From NCBI RefSeq assembly GCF_008831285.2, contig NC_045138.2:21204001-21268000 (forward strand): DNA of 64,000 nucleotides, given 5' to 3'. This DNA comes from Nymphaea colorata (Eukaryota). The translations under genes were made by a program, and so were the position numbers. Shown here in pieces: positions 46,501-58,995 of the stretch. Within the stretch, counting starts at the first letter, position 1. Each line of letters begins with the position of its first letter. The notes beneath the pieces were generated by a model. It was given only the letters and a program-made list of their open reading frames with translations. It made no database searches and was not told where the DNA came from.

Positions 46501-49500
46501 CATATTATGGGCTTCCTTTTTATGATTCTAGCAAAATTCTTGGCAACAACCTTATATCAAGAACAAACCACTGTTTTGGGCAGACATTTACATTAAGCTC
46601 ATCTTGGAAAAATGTTACTTTCAGTGGTCTAGACTCCTTTGGAACAAGTGAATGAGCAGCATTTATTTGGATTGCTGTGCCATTGTACTTGGGCAAACTT
46701 AATGGCCTATAGCATGGAGGCACGAGGTAAAAACTTTTCCTACTTGGTGATCTTTTGAAACTTTTTATACAGATAATCGTCCCCACCAGATCCTCTAAAA
46801 ATTTCAAAAACTTTCTGGATACTTGATTTGCAAAGAGTTGCTAGCAGCAAATCAGAATGGTAACTCAAATTTGATTTTCAATGGCCCATGTCAAAATCAC
46901 TAGCCCAAATTAGCTCCATCTATTGTCCATTATCCTTGATTTCTTGGTTCCATTTTTTGATACTGATATCACATAAACATGTTGGCTCCAAAGTCTCACT
47001 ACTTCTGCTAATTTGACAGGGAAATGCATCTCCATCTATTGTTCACTATCCTTGATTTCTTGGTTCCGTTTTTTTTATATATTGAAACACATAAATACGT
47101 TGGATCCAAATTCTCACCACTTCTGCTAATTTACCAGGGAATGCATCATTTTCATGATTGGCAATCTACTGCGGATAATAAATACCTTGCATGCAAGAAG
47201 TAAGGACATTATGCCAATAAACGATCCAGTAAAGCCTCAAGATAAACTAACATGATGTTTAAGAATCTTTAAGTTATGATCGAGGTATAATTGAAAACAA
47301 TGATATGGGTTCAAAAAATGTCGTCCTTGTCCACATGGAAAGATTTTCTAGTGAGAAGCAGTTAAGGAAGAAGGCTATTTATTTGATGCATTGTCAATCA
47401 AATCCATGTCAAAAGACAATGAAGGAGATGGCAGTCAGCTAATGATGGCATCAACAAGCAGATTATACAAAGAACACTCAGAGAACTCTCAAGGAGATAC
47501 TGTATTCCAAGAAGGCAAGAAGAATTCTGCAATGTGTTTTCACACACCTCACTCTCACCTAAACCTTATGAAATACTATCAAACAACCAGAAATCAAGTC
47601 TTATGTCAAAAGAGAAAAATACCCTCTTTCTACTATTAATAATGAAATTGACAAGAAATCCTTAGCAGGTCAAAGAAGATAGGGCATCCAATTCAAATAT
47701 CGGTCGGTAATAATAACTTTTCTTTGGATTTCCAACTGTTTTTATCTCAAGCTGAGAAGAAGGAAGGCTACTCTTTTCTCCAAGTTTAAAGTCACATAAA
47801 ATGAATAGAGGCAAGAAATGGATAGATGCACATTGCAAAAATTTCGGACATGGAAAAGTTTTAATAGGCCAACAGAAAAGAATGTAGGCTCCAGATGATA
47901 TAAAAATAAAACGTATAAAAATAAAACGTAGACCTCATGATAGAATTAAACCACACAAAGCAAGGTTGTAATACAAGGTTTTACTCAAGAGTATGGGAAG
48001 GATTCTGATGAAACATCGATCCTGTTATCAAGATGGAAACTAGTTGTATCATTTTATATTTGGCTATTGACAACAAAGAGGTGTTGCTAAACAAATAGAA
48101 GAATGGTTGGGGATGGACTCCTATACAAAAGAAAGTAGACAAATAGAAACATGCATAGAGATTATTGCTTATACAAACGCAAACCTGGCAGGAAATCCAG
48201 ATGAAAAAGATAATTGCTGTCAAGTTATTACATATTCCTCAACCAGAATCTTGTATCCTAAAGTAATTGAGAACAAAAAGGTGTTGCTAGATCAAGTATA
48301 GAAGCAAAGTATAGGCCTATGGCTATTAAAACAGCTGATGCCACATGGGTTAGATATCTATTAATTGAGATGGAGAATCTATCTATGCCACAAGGGTTAA
48401 ACATCTATTAATTGTGTTGGAGAATCTATCTTAAAGTCACTTTGTTGTAAGATAATAAAAGTGCCATAAATTTTTTTTTAAATTGATTCATCATAGTCAC
48501 ACAAAACACATTGGAATATATCAATACTACATCAAGCAGGAAGTTGAAGATAAAAAACACTGAGACTCACTACATTTGTACTGATAATCAAGCAGTTAGT
48601 TTATTCATAGAGTGTAAAGCATAGTTTCTTGTACCTAAAGAACAAGTTGTTCATGGTTTAAAACCATGTACAACTTGAGGAAGGCTATTAGGATGTCCTG
48701 GATCTTGATTTTATTCTGATCTAGCCCTACACGCAAGTTGTTGTATGGTAAGATTGTGGTCTTAGTAACAGAAGGTCATTGTCGTTCCAAAAAACAATTG
48801 AAAATCTGTATATAAGTAAATAGGATTAACAGACACCCTTCACTTTTGGCCTTTCGCACACATGCTTCAGGCATCTCTTAGTTCATGCCCTTGCACATAA
48901 GAACAAATATCTAGACACCAACCCATGCATTTCATTGCATTCTCCTAACGACGTCCATCCAACCAGTCTGGTTTTATTGTCTACGCAAAATCAATGCCTG
49001 CCTAACCCACGAACTTGTGACTCTTTTTCTTCCTTTCCCAAGATCTTTTTCCAAACATAGATTGTGATGACTAGTCCTCGTAAATCTAATGCATTCCTCC
49101 CAAAAAGAAGTTACGCAAATAAAGAAAATTACAGGTTCAAACATTTCCATCGACCTCTACTATGAACAGAGAAAGGATGATATACAAATTCGCATTGAAT
49201 ATGCCTGTACAAAGTGGCACAAATACAACCTACAAAAAATTTGCTCAAATTAACAACACATGTGATGCATAACAGCATAATGATAGGCACTATAACCTTG
49301 GATGAGTTACATCCTGTACTATCTGCAAAGCCTGTTCGGTATTTCAGATAGACAACAACCAATAGTTTATATAAAGAATCTCGACTCCATTCCAAAGAAT
49401 TCAAAACAAAAAGAATTAAAAGAAAGAAAAAAAAAATTGATCTTAGAAATAATGACCATGAGGTAGAAATTGGAGAAGAAGTAAAAAAAAAATGGAACCA

Positions 49501-51420
49501 ATAAAGCCTTAAATTTACTACCAGGATCAAATATTGGTCAAATGTCAACATTCAAAAGAGTAACAACAAAGTTAAGCAGCTATTGCATTGAAAGACCCCT
49601 TCAGTTATGGTACAAGGATTCATCAACATCTCATACTTCCTCAGCATATAATATTTCTTCTACCGAGTAAGCCCGTTATCTATTCAGCTGCGGATAGTGA
49701 TAGAGAATAAATAACCACCCAGGCCCAAGAGGTAGAGAAAAACGGTCTGATCAGAAGATCAAACCCAATATTCCAGTAATTGTCCATCGCGAGAGATCAT
49801 GCTTAAGTCAAAAGAGGCAAAGCCATTATTGTGTAACAATAGATATTAAATGGCCTTCATCGAACAAAATAATTCTCATCCAAAAAGAAGCTAAATGAAA
49901 AGTATTGTGAAAGTTAGGTTGTAAACACGAAAACAACATTTTCTATCCAAATGGGCTACAAGAGCAGCTTCCCTGTCCCGCAAAATAAAATATCATGCTG
50001 TTTACATTTCATCATCAAACACATTATTGATACCAACAAAAAGACGGAGGGGGAGCCAGAAATAGGGAGGACCAATCATGTTAGAAAAATTTCTGGGGGC
50101 AGGGCTTGATAGAAACTATGATAAGTCAAACATAGTCCTGCCAGTTTTATTCCTCCATGTTCCTTGTCATGAAAATCCCATGAATTCTTATTTCTTCGGT
50201 AAGGAACGCATACAGTACCGAATTCTACTGATCCTGTATCACCAAGATGAAGCATTTGACGCCATAAAGGGAGAATAAAGAGATTATTTTTTCCAACAGA
50301 TGCAAATCTAAACGCGTATACAGGAGAATCAAGGGGAGGAAGAAGAACAAATAAAGGACCCTCAAAGGTATAGAGTAAAGTTTTATCTACTTGATATTGA
50401 TCAGACAAAGTATACCTGATCAAGCACAGCATCGTTGATCAGATCCGAAGCGACCTCCCTCGATTCCGATATGACAGTCAAATCATCGGGCACCCACTTC
50501 CTGTTGGCCGGCGGAGAAAGCAAGGTGGCGAACCTCTGCAGATCTTTGCTCTCCTTATGCATCACCTTCGCCACCTTCTTCTTCGCCAACGCGAACACCA
50601 CCTGATCCATGCTGTCGTCGTTCATGAAGACCTCGAAGGTGATCTGGTCCTTGCAAGGAACGACCAAATTGTAGAGCCTCGAGATGAGGTCGTGCCGGCT
50701 TTGCAACTCCATGGTGGCCAACAGGCTCTGGCAGAACCTCCTCCCGCTCGCGTAGAATTTGAAAACGTTCTGCCCTTCCTTGAGAAGCAGAGGGGTGTCC
50801 TTGCCATCGCCGGTGCCCAGAAGGCTGAAATTCTTCTCGAAGATGGAATCCTTGGTAGCGAAATGCGCCGCCCACGCTAACGCTATGTTCTCGTTCTCCC
50901 GCTTCCCGGTGAAGTAATTCACGGCAAAGGCGATTAGGAAGCTGACGCAGATCATCTCCACATGGTACGAGGATCTTCTAGTGCTGGAAGGAGCAACAGG
51001 GGAGTCGTCGGCCGTCTGATTTTTCAGGGTTTCTTCCGGTTGGGGCTCTTCCTCCTTGGTGGGTTGGTTGTGCATGGGAATTCCCTCGAATTCGTCCTCA
51101 TCCCAGTACTCGAACGTTGACGCAACCGAAGATGGTGGCGGCGGCGTTTGCTGCTGCTCTCCCTCTTGAGTCTGGTCGGCTGTTTCTGCCGATTCAGGAG
51201 GTTGGAAATCTGATGAATGGGTGATGGGGGGGTGTGAAGTCGAGCGGAAAGTGATGGTTTCATCGAGTTCTTCCGTCTCCTCGATCGGTTCCTCTTCGTC
51301 ACCGAAACCTTCGAATTGGGGGGAAGCGATGCAGGCAGAGAAGAGCTTCGTCGAAAGGAGGGCGATCAGAGAGAAGAGGACGAGAGAGCGGCAGAGTTGG
51401 GTTCGCCCACCGCTGGCCAT
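40580..51420 (-). CDS. CCDC47: CCDC47 / DUF1682 family ER membrane protein (PAT complex subunit CCDC47-like; At5g49945-like)
   Basis: Exons 51420-50416, 41139-40936, 40810-40580 (all phase 0, GT-AG; 479 aa). N-terminal signal peptide, acidic luminal region with WDEDEFEG, one TM segment (MICVSFLIAFAVNYFTG), GKRENENIALAW...FKFYASGRR domain, and a C-terminal coiled coil ending KKAMPKVKMTRVH. Confidence 0.93.
41600..42575. repeat. 484-bp tandem duplication in CCDC47 intron 1
   Basis: AGTAGGGTGAAAC.GGTAGTGCCCTGATC starts at 41601 and 42085; the two copies are highly similar (near-identical ORF pairs 41846/42332 and 41856/42342). Confidence 0.95.
42520..43900 (-). mobile_element. degenerate copia pol remnant (integrase/RT/RNase H) ending in a PPT
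   Basis: Minus strand gives SLHQLDIKAVFLHGELKELYV at about 43220-43295. AAGGGGGAG PPT-like tracts lie at about 42528-42536 and, in the duplicated copy, about 42042-42050. Confidence 0.7.
46371..46470. repeat. 48-bp tandem duplication
   Basis: TTTTTCAGAGCGGATTGTCCTTCACAATTG.CTTTAGATGGCTCATTC occurs twice with one mismatch. Confidence 0.9.
46914..47147. repeat. 116-bp tandem duplication
   Basis: TCCATCTATTGT...ATCCTTGATTTCTTGGTTCC...ACTTCTGCTAATTT...AATGCATC starts at 46915 and 47031. Confidence 0.88.
47950..48920 (+). mobile_element. degenerate copia RNase H region, PPT and 3' LTR remnant
   Basis: AYTNANLAGNPDE...QKGVARSSIEAKYRPMA...DNKSAIN...HSHTKHIGI; ACTTGAGGAAGG PPT-like tract at about 48673-48684, followed by LTR-like sequence. 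Confidence 0.8.
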
Positions 51421-52761
51421 TGTCTGGAAGGGAACCAACAAACCCCGAACGTTCTCTCCCTCCCCACCTCTACTTCTACAATACAGAGAGAGAGAAGGGT
51501 GAGCCCAAGGGAGGCCAGATTCCGAAGTAGGTGAGCAGAATTAGCGGGCTCGCACACAGGCCTAGTGATTTTTTTTTTTTTTTTTGTTAATTCTGTGTTG
51601 AAGGTTCAATCCATAGATGAAGTTTTACCATGTTTACGCACACATATTCGCAAATCACGTTGTTTTTTTCACTATATCAAAGCATTAATCCAACAATAAT
51701 GTGTTAAATGATTGAATTTACTGTTGCAGTAAATAAGTCATATGAAAGGCGTTGATATGGTTGAACAAAATGTTGAAGCACACATGGACAGAGCAACCAT
51801 GATCTCATAAAACATGTTCTTGGATACAATTTGACATTCAATTTGGTTTTTTAAATCCGAGTAGTTAGAATCAATGAAAAAACGCACATATCGAATTAGC
51901 AATCAAATTTGAAATTTTATGTTAGATTATTTTCTACCAAATCCAACGGATATATATATCCAATTTAGTGGACATTGAATCCAATTACATGTAGAATGCT
52001 AGATGCACCATTGCATTTGAGTTTTGACTATGAAACAGAATAAGCAATGGTATTGGTTGGCGGTTTGAGAAAGGCAAGGTCACTCTTTCTTCTCTATGTT
52101 CTTAGGGTATAGTGCTGTTTCTTAATTCAAGTGGTCTAAGTAAACGTGAGGCACAATTATGTCTTTCAAAAGTTTTGGCATGTCTTTTTATCCTTATCGG
52201 ATATCCTGCTTTCCATTATGTTTTCTCAAAATAACGTGATGATTTTTCTACCGATCAAATTATCACTTCAAATGATGTGCTTCAAAAGTTTTAATTTGTT
52301 AAATGGAAACAGTAAATTGCATCTATCGGAGTTGACAGTAGGCATAGTTGGTCGACTTGAGCGTACAATTGGTCGACTTGAGCGTTGCGCCCATAAAGTC
52401 CGTTTAATTTTTATGAGTGTTACTCTTTTATACTATAAATAGTGGCATACACAACACATTGAAGGAGTCCCAAACCTTCAAGGTGGAGGAAATGGTGGCT
52501 TTAACTTTCACAGACTGTTATCAAACTACCTTGACATATTTAATCAATTGATCAAATGTTTTTCGATCATAAAACAAGGTAAAAAAGCAGAGAGAGAGAG
52601 AGAGAATAGTGCCTAATTTATCCATGTAAAATCTGTGCATAATCATTAAAATCATGGAAATGTGCTTCTAAAAATTGTCTCTCTCCGTTTTCGCACTGTA
52701 TAACAATTTTTTTCTCTCTTTTTTTTATTAAGCATGTATTTGGTATGGGTAAATCGGCAAC

Positions 52762-52799
<38 letters not shown>

Positions 52800-53448
52800 G
52801 CTTAATTTCTTAGGAGCCACTCATTTTCTTTCAGCTTGAAAATGCATCGAACGTATAAATTGTTAAATTTAACATGTTTTATACACTAAATGAACTATAA
52901 AATCGTATCAAGGAGGTTAGATGAAATAAAAAAAAAAAAACAGTAAAAACACATTAAAAAAGGTTTTTCAAAACCTTACTTTCACAAGTTCCAATAGTTG
53001 TGATATAGAGTTAAATATATGTGCAGTTAAGGAAAGAAGAAGATGCACCTAAACAACTTTGTCTACTGTAGGTGCTCCAAAGACGAGGAGAAATTTAGAT
53101 TGTCATTTGGTACATATTTCCAAAGAAGAGAAAACGTTTTTCGTGTTATTTGATATTTAATGGAAATTTCACGTACAATTTTTTCACCATGATTATTGGA
53201 AAAGCTAATAAAACTTGAACCTATGAAAATGATTGTTTGGTCCAAAAAAGTTAGATGTGTGCTCATCATTGGATTCTTTAGTAGGCAATCTTTCTAATAA
53301 GTCATCTTGATGGCAAGTCATGCTTTTTGTTCCGCTAGGGCGGCTTGTGAAGAAGTGTTTTTCATGTCATGGTGATGGTAAGTCATGCCTTTTGAAAGAA
53401 TAAAATATCCTCTTTAACAGGTATAACTTAGCTAGTTCCGCTACCGGT

Positions 53449-54098
53449 TAGGAATGTATTTCTAGCTTGGGCTCAACTCAAACTCTCCCATATAAGTTCG
53501 GCTTGAACTCGACTCGTTTAATAAATAAGTCAAGTCCGAGCTCGAGTAATAAACGAGTCGAGTTCGAGTTACACGAGCTCCACTCATTTAAACTCGACTT
53601 GCTCGTTTGTTTTGTTATTTTCATGTTATGTCTTTTAACTCTCTCCTTTTTTATTTTTTATTTTTTTCTCCCTCTCTCTCTCTCTCTCTTTGTTTTTCTG
53701 TCTCTTATTCTTCATTTTCTTCCTCTTTTTCCTCCTCCTACCTTCTCTTCCTATCGGGCTCCAACCACAAGTCGCAAACCAAGTAATAGTTTTTTTTGTT
53801 TCAATGTTAAGTTATACGAATCAGTGTATACTTGATTTTTTATGTAAGCAATGAGATTTAGGTTGATACTCTTCACACACTGTTTTCCAGTGAACAATGT
53901 ATGTTTTATAGAAGACCATGGAATAATATTGCAGTTGTTGTTGTTGTTTTTTTTTTCCTTCCATAGCATGAAGAATATGAAAATCATTATTCATTAACGA
54001 GCTTAGATGAGTCGAGCTTGCCTCATAAAGCTCGGCTTGAGCTTGAGCCACGCAATTCGTGCGTCGTTTCGACTCGACTCGCTCGTTGAACATTCCTA
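53449..54098. mobile_element. MITE with CTCGAG/TCGAGC subterminal repeats
   Basis: 9-bp TIRs TAGGAATGT / ACATTCCTA; GAGCTCG/GACTCG motifs in both arms; TSD not intact. Confidence 0.75.
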
Positions 54099-54403
54099 TT
54101 AGCGACTTGTGAAGGAGTGAGTCTTTAGTTTAATTCTCATGGGTGCTATCTCTCGCTCTCTAAGGCTTAGTTGGTAGGGCAAGCCATGAAATTTGAAGGA
54201 TATACCACTATCATATTTGCTGCTAATACAACCCAGGACCCTATCCCAAGAAGATCCCAAGCCTGCCACCTACCATTAAAGAAGTGAAAATCAATAGCTA
54301 AATTACATTAAAAGTTGAGAATAAAAGTCCAATATTTGTGTAATGTTGAATTCCACCAAAGCATGACCATGGAATGCATTAGTCTTGCCTCCCTCTGATT
54401 AAG

Positions 54404-54419
54404 CCCCCCCCCCCCCCCC

Positions 54420-54502
<83 letters not shown>
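54404..54502. repeat. compound homopolymer/microsatellite C17-A32-(TA)25
   Basis: Read directly from the sequence. Confidence 0.95.
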
Positions 54503-54505
<3 letters not shown>

Positions 54506-54947
54506 TTGATGACGTTTCTTAATATAATCAGAATCTGTAGATGTGCTTTCCAGTTTCAGAACAAGTTAGTTTAATGAAAAATCTAAATGCCAATTTTATA
54601 TATGATTAATGTTTCACCTCTTAACATGTATAAGTTTCATATATATATAACCCCCTATCAATGTCTTGGATTAAATAGAACATGGTAATAACGTTTTATC
54701 AATTTAAATTCACAAAACAACATTTTTTCACACAAATTCTTGCTGGGGTCTAACCAAGATAGGTCAGATGCGAGCACATTCACCAAATATATTTTGGTTT
54801 GGATTGCTCAGCCCAAAATAGGGCGAGCTCAATTTCAGCTTGTGGCGTGTGAGAATACGAGTTTGCTTGTGTAAATAAGTTACACTGTTTTTCTACGTCC
54901 TTTTAAATGCTTAAAAATCTATATAATGTCAAAGACATAAAATATGA

Positions 54948-55779
54948 CACTACAAAAGAAATTGGTTTTATCGACATGTGGAAAATATACGTTGGTGAAC
55001 GTCAACTTTCATGTCGGTCTTACCAATTTTTAATGACGTAGATATCTGGGCGTCAGTTAAAATCACTATTAGCGATGCGTGGAGCTAATGTGTCGATGAA
55101 GTTCAATCTTTGCCAACATCTACCTACCGTAGGATGTCGATGGAAGTGAAGAAACCGTTCATCTTTAGCGACACATTACAGTTCTCACGTCCATGAATTT
55201 TTTCGATGTTGGCTATTAGCACGTCCATCTATGCATGTCAGTAATTGTCATCGACGCATGAAAACGCGGCCTGAACGTCGATAATGTTTACCACATTAAC
55301 ATTACCGACGTTTTGAAGTTATTGGACGATTTTTATGTGTCGGTAAAAGCTTCCTTGACTTATTTGCTCTGCTCAAACCTTTCTTTTTCCTTTCTTCTTT
55401 CCTCTTTGCTTTCCTCTTCACTCTTTCTTCCCACCAGGGTGGGATTTTTCGATGAGCTCTTCTTCTTCATGATGTTTGTGGGCTGCTTAAAGATTGAAAA
55501 GGTTGGTTCATCGACCTCTTTTTTAAAAAAAAAAAAATTATATAATTAAAAGTTAAAACGTGCTTGTGGGGGATATATCTGAATTTTTTATCTGAATTTC
55601 TTTCAACGAGATCTTACTGTACCCTACACCAACACTTCTGTCTATTGTATCGGTAATGATTTTTACCGACACTCCCTTGATCAACAAAAGAACGGAGCGT
55701 CGATAAAACGATTATCGACATGCGTTCTTTTCCACCTACATTTTGTATCCCTCCGTAATTCCTAGGTTTTTTATTGGTG
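54948..55779. mobile_element. non-autonomous CACTA (En/Spm) element remnant
   Basis: Begins CACTACAAAAGAA; many subterminal ACCGAC/ATCGAC/GTCGGT/GTCGAT motifs; degenerate right end TTTTTATTGGTG; 3-bp flanks TGA/CGA. Confidence 0.7.
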
Positions 55780-55823
55780 CGATGTAAACGAGTCTATGTG
55801 AACATTTTCGAGACAAACACTTA

Positions 55824-56542
55824 GAACCTGTTTGGATGACACCCCAAATCCTGGTTTTGGAGGTAAAATCAGGTCTCTATCATCCAAAACCCAGTTTTGG
55901 TGGCCAGGGCAGTTTAAAGAAAATGAGGATGCATCGGTTTTGTTGGGAGACAATTAACGAGCTTACTCTTTCATCACGCGTCTCATCGAACTTACTTGAA
56001 AAAGGCTCAGCGTTTTATGTCTTCTTATTTTCTTCCATTTGTTCTTTTGCCGATTTTCATTAAGCTTGCGTCTTTATTTACTTGACATAAGAACGAAGTA
56101 CTATGCAGCAAGCATTAAGTCCTTGTATATTCCACAAAATATGTAATTAATCCTTATATATTTATGTTTGGTTAGGACCCAAAATTTTAAGTTTGGGCTG
56201 TGTGGTTTTGGTGTTTCTACGTTTATTTCTTCTATATAAATTTTACATAGAACTGAACAATGGTGGTAGGTAATGAAATTAATATAATATATATAATTCC
56301 CAACAAACATACTTGCAAATGTAAATGTAAGAGAACTGCCATTAAACGTTCAACTAAAATTATTTTCTATAAGGCAACTTTCGAAATTCATTCTCTATCA
56401 TCCAAACAAAAAATGGGTTTTTAAAATATGAAAACCTTATTTTTGCCTTATCATCCAAACAGGTAAACCAAGTTTTTGAAACTCATTAAAAATCAAGTTT
56501 TTAAAAAATCAAGTTTTTTTTGGTGTCATCTAAATGCCCCCC
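55824..56542. mobile_element. Tourist/PIF-Harbinger-like MITE
   Basis: TTA then GAACCTGTTTGGATGACACC at the left end; GGTGTCATCTAAATGCCCC at the right end; internal TCATCCAAA repeats. Confidence 0.6.
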
Positions 56543-57451
56543 TGTATTTTTTTTGTATATTCACCTTGCATAAGACGGCACTCAAGCTCAGCATTTATTT
56601 TTTTGAGCATATATCAATGTGCCCTTATATATATATGAAAGTAGGTAGATACAAGACCGTTGTATACCAATTTATGACGAGAATCATCTGGGGTATTGAC
56701 TTTAATGAGATCAACCATGGAAATATAGAAATCAAGTTGTTCTTTTAAGAGTTGAAAACACCCATCAAATTATAAAGGAGAGAAAGAGAAACGAGCAACT
56801 GAGTTTACTTAAACAAACCACTTGCCTCTTTTGAGGGGTAAGAACTTAGGCTTTCTCTTTTGCAATTTAATGTATATCTGATTGTATTAGAATAGATGAC
56901 CAAAATGATTCCCAATGAAACTAACTGGCCGAAATGATTCCCATGAGCTATCCGGCCTTCGTATGCCAGACTTTGATCTAGATAGTCGGTTCCAAGGAGT
57001 TCAAACGCTTTATAATAAGTTGTTAGTATATAAGCTAAATTGTTTTTTTTAGAATTTGAAATATCATTCAAAAGATGAGAGAGAGAAGAAATAAATAAAT
57101 AAACAAATGAACTTTGTAAAGGAAATACCATATCTCCTTTGAAGGGCACTATTTTTCATTTTTGAGAAAGCTAACTTAATTTTTTTATTTGCAACCTGTA
57201 TCTATATATATATATATATATATTGCAATGTCTCCCTTTCCATGTTATCGTGTGTTAAATAGTTGTCAGATGTCTAAAATTTATAAATAGTCATTAAAAA
57301 ACCATAAATTATTTTTAAAATCGTCATAAGTAGTTGTTGCATCATAAAATATGGTCAATACCAGTTTAATGATTTTTTATTAGTAACGAATTTTTAAATT
57401 TTAATCATTTGGTAAGATGCACAAAATATGTATATATATATATATATTCTT

Positions 57452-57483
<32 letters not shown>

Positions 57484-57873
57484 CCAATCTATGGTTGAGC
57501 TGACAATGGGACTTTGGACTTAGGCTCTGTGAAGTCACACTGTCATGTCTAAAGGAAAGGTTTATTATGAAAGTAGATGGCAGAGGCCAACAAGACCATT
57601 GAGATGAACTGCTCCAGCTGACAAAACGCTGGACAGAGTCTGTTGAAGTTGACAAGAAACAGCCTCACCCTCTTAGCTCTGTGCCATTACTTGAGCAATT
57701 CGATTCCTTTTTTACTTTGGGAACTTTTTTATTATTAGTTTCACAGTACAATTATGAAATAAGTGCATTGTTTTTCCATTAACTAGAGGAACAAAAAAAA
57801 AAAATCATTGTTTTAGACAGGAGAGGTCTCAGACAACCCAGATTTTATGTTCTTAGATGTTTGAAAAAATGAG

Positions 57874-57876
<3 letters not shown>

Positions 57877-57951
<75 letters not shown>
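57877..57951. repeat. (TA)n microsatellite, about 37 units
   Basis: Read directly from the sequence. Confidence 0.95.
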
Positions 57952-57953
<2 letters not shown>

Positions 57954-58916
57954 GGTTTGTGTTCCGGAATATTGCAAACAAAAATGTTAACATTCTAACG
58001 TGTTTATTGACAATAATTTAATGTAAAACTTGTTTCAGTTCAAGTTATTTTTGTACAAAAATTTGATTTTTCTATTATCAGAATTTAGACGTTGTAAGAG
58101 CCATTTATTTTTATTATTAAAAACATGATTAAAATAAAAAATGACTAAATTAATACAAGTTCACCCTAACAAGTACTTTTAGTATGTCTAATTTTTGTCT
58201 CTACTTACTCTATGAGGTAAAAAATTTTGCACATATGCATGAGACTGTAACATAATCTTATTGTTCTCAAACGGACCCATTGAGTGAGCTTTTCTTTTTT
58301 CTCCATTGTTTAGATGTCTCGAAATGCACCCTTACATAATTTCATATTTATAAGTTAATCTACAGATCACATTACGTGTATGATTTAAATTCAAGGGAAA
58401 ACTTCTTTTAAACTCACATAACCACCAAAATGTTCAATCCTCTCAAATTACCATCAAAGTGTAACTATCAACAAATGTAGCCACTTGTCAACAATATTAT
58501 TAAGTAGTTACAAATTAAACTCGCTAATCAATTTAAAAGTGCAGAACTGGCAGTTGCCCTTCGTTAGAAATTTTTTGTCGCATGAATCAAATTATAGTTT
58601 CATAATTTTTAATAGGGGTCGAAATAATTTTTTTTTATTTTTTAATATATATTAAACTTAAACTTTTTAGATTTACATATAAATTTTTAAAGTTTTTAAA
58701 TCTAAGGAAGGGCCAAGGCCCTTGCCGCGCCCCCATCCGTCCGCCCGTGTCCACATTCGAGCATATCAACCTATAGGAAATTTCTATATTCATGTTGTCA
58801 CAGAAACAAGTAGGGGCTTGTGTTATGCTGATTTTTCTTCATTTACATACATAAAAAACTAAAATTTAATTACTTCCTCCTCAACAAGAAATTTAATTAT
58901 AATATCATACCCTTGT

Positions 58917-58921
<5 letters not shown>

Positions 58922-58993
<72 letters not shown>
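58922..58993. repeat. (TA)n microsatellite, about 36 units
   Basis: Read directly; abuts a TGGCGGA-type MITE end. Confidence 0.95.

Positions 58994-58995
<2 letters not shown>

Noticed and set aside
7630..51420. CCA, SWC6 and CCDC47 as a functional gene cluster
   Set aside because: They act in unrelated pathways (tRNA maturation, H2A.Z deposition, ER membrane-protein biogenesis) and have ordinary divergent/convergent orientation; nothing in the sequence supports a shared system.
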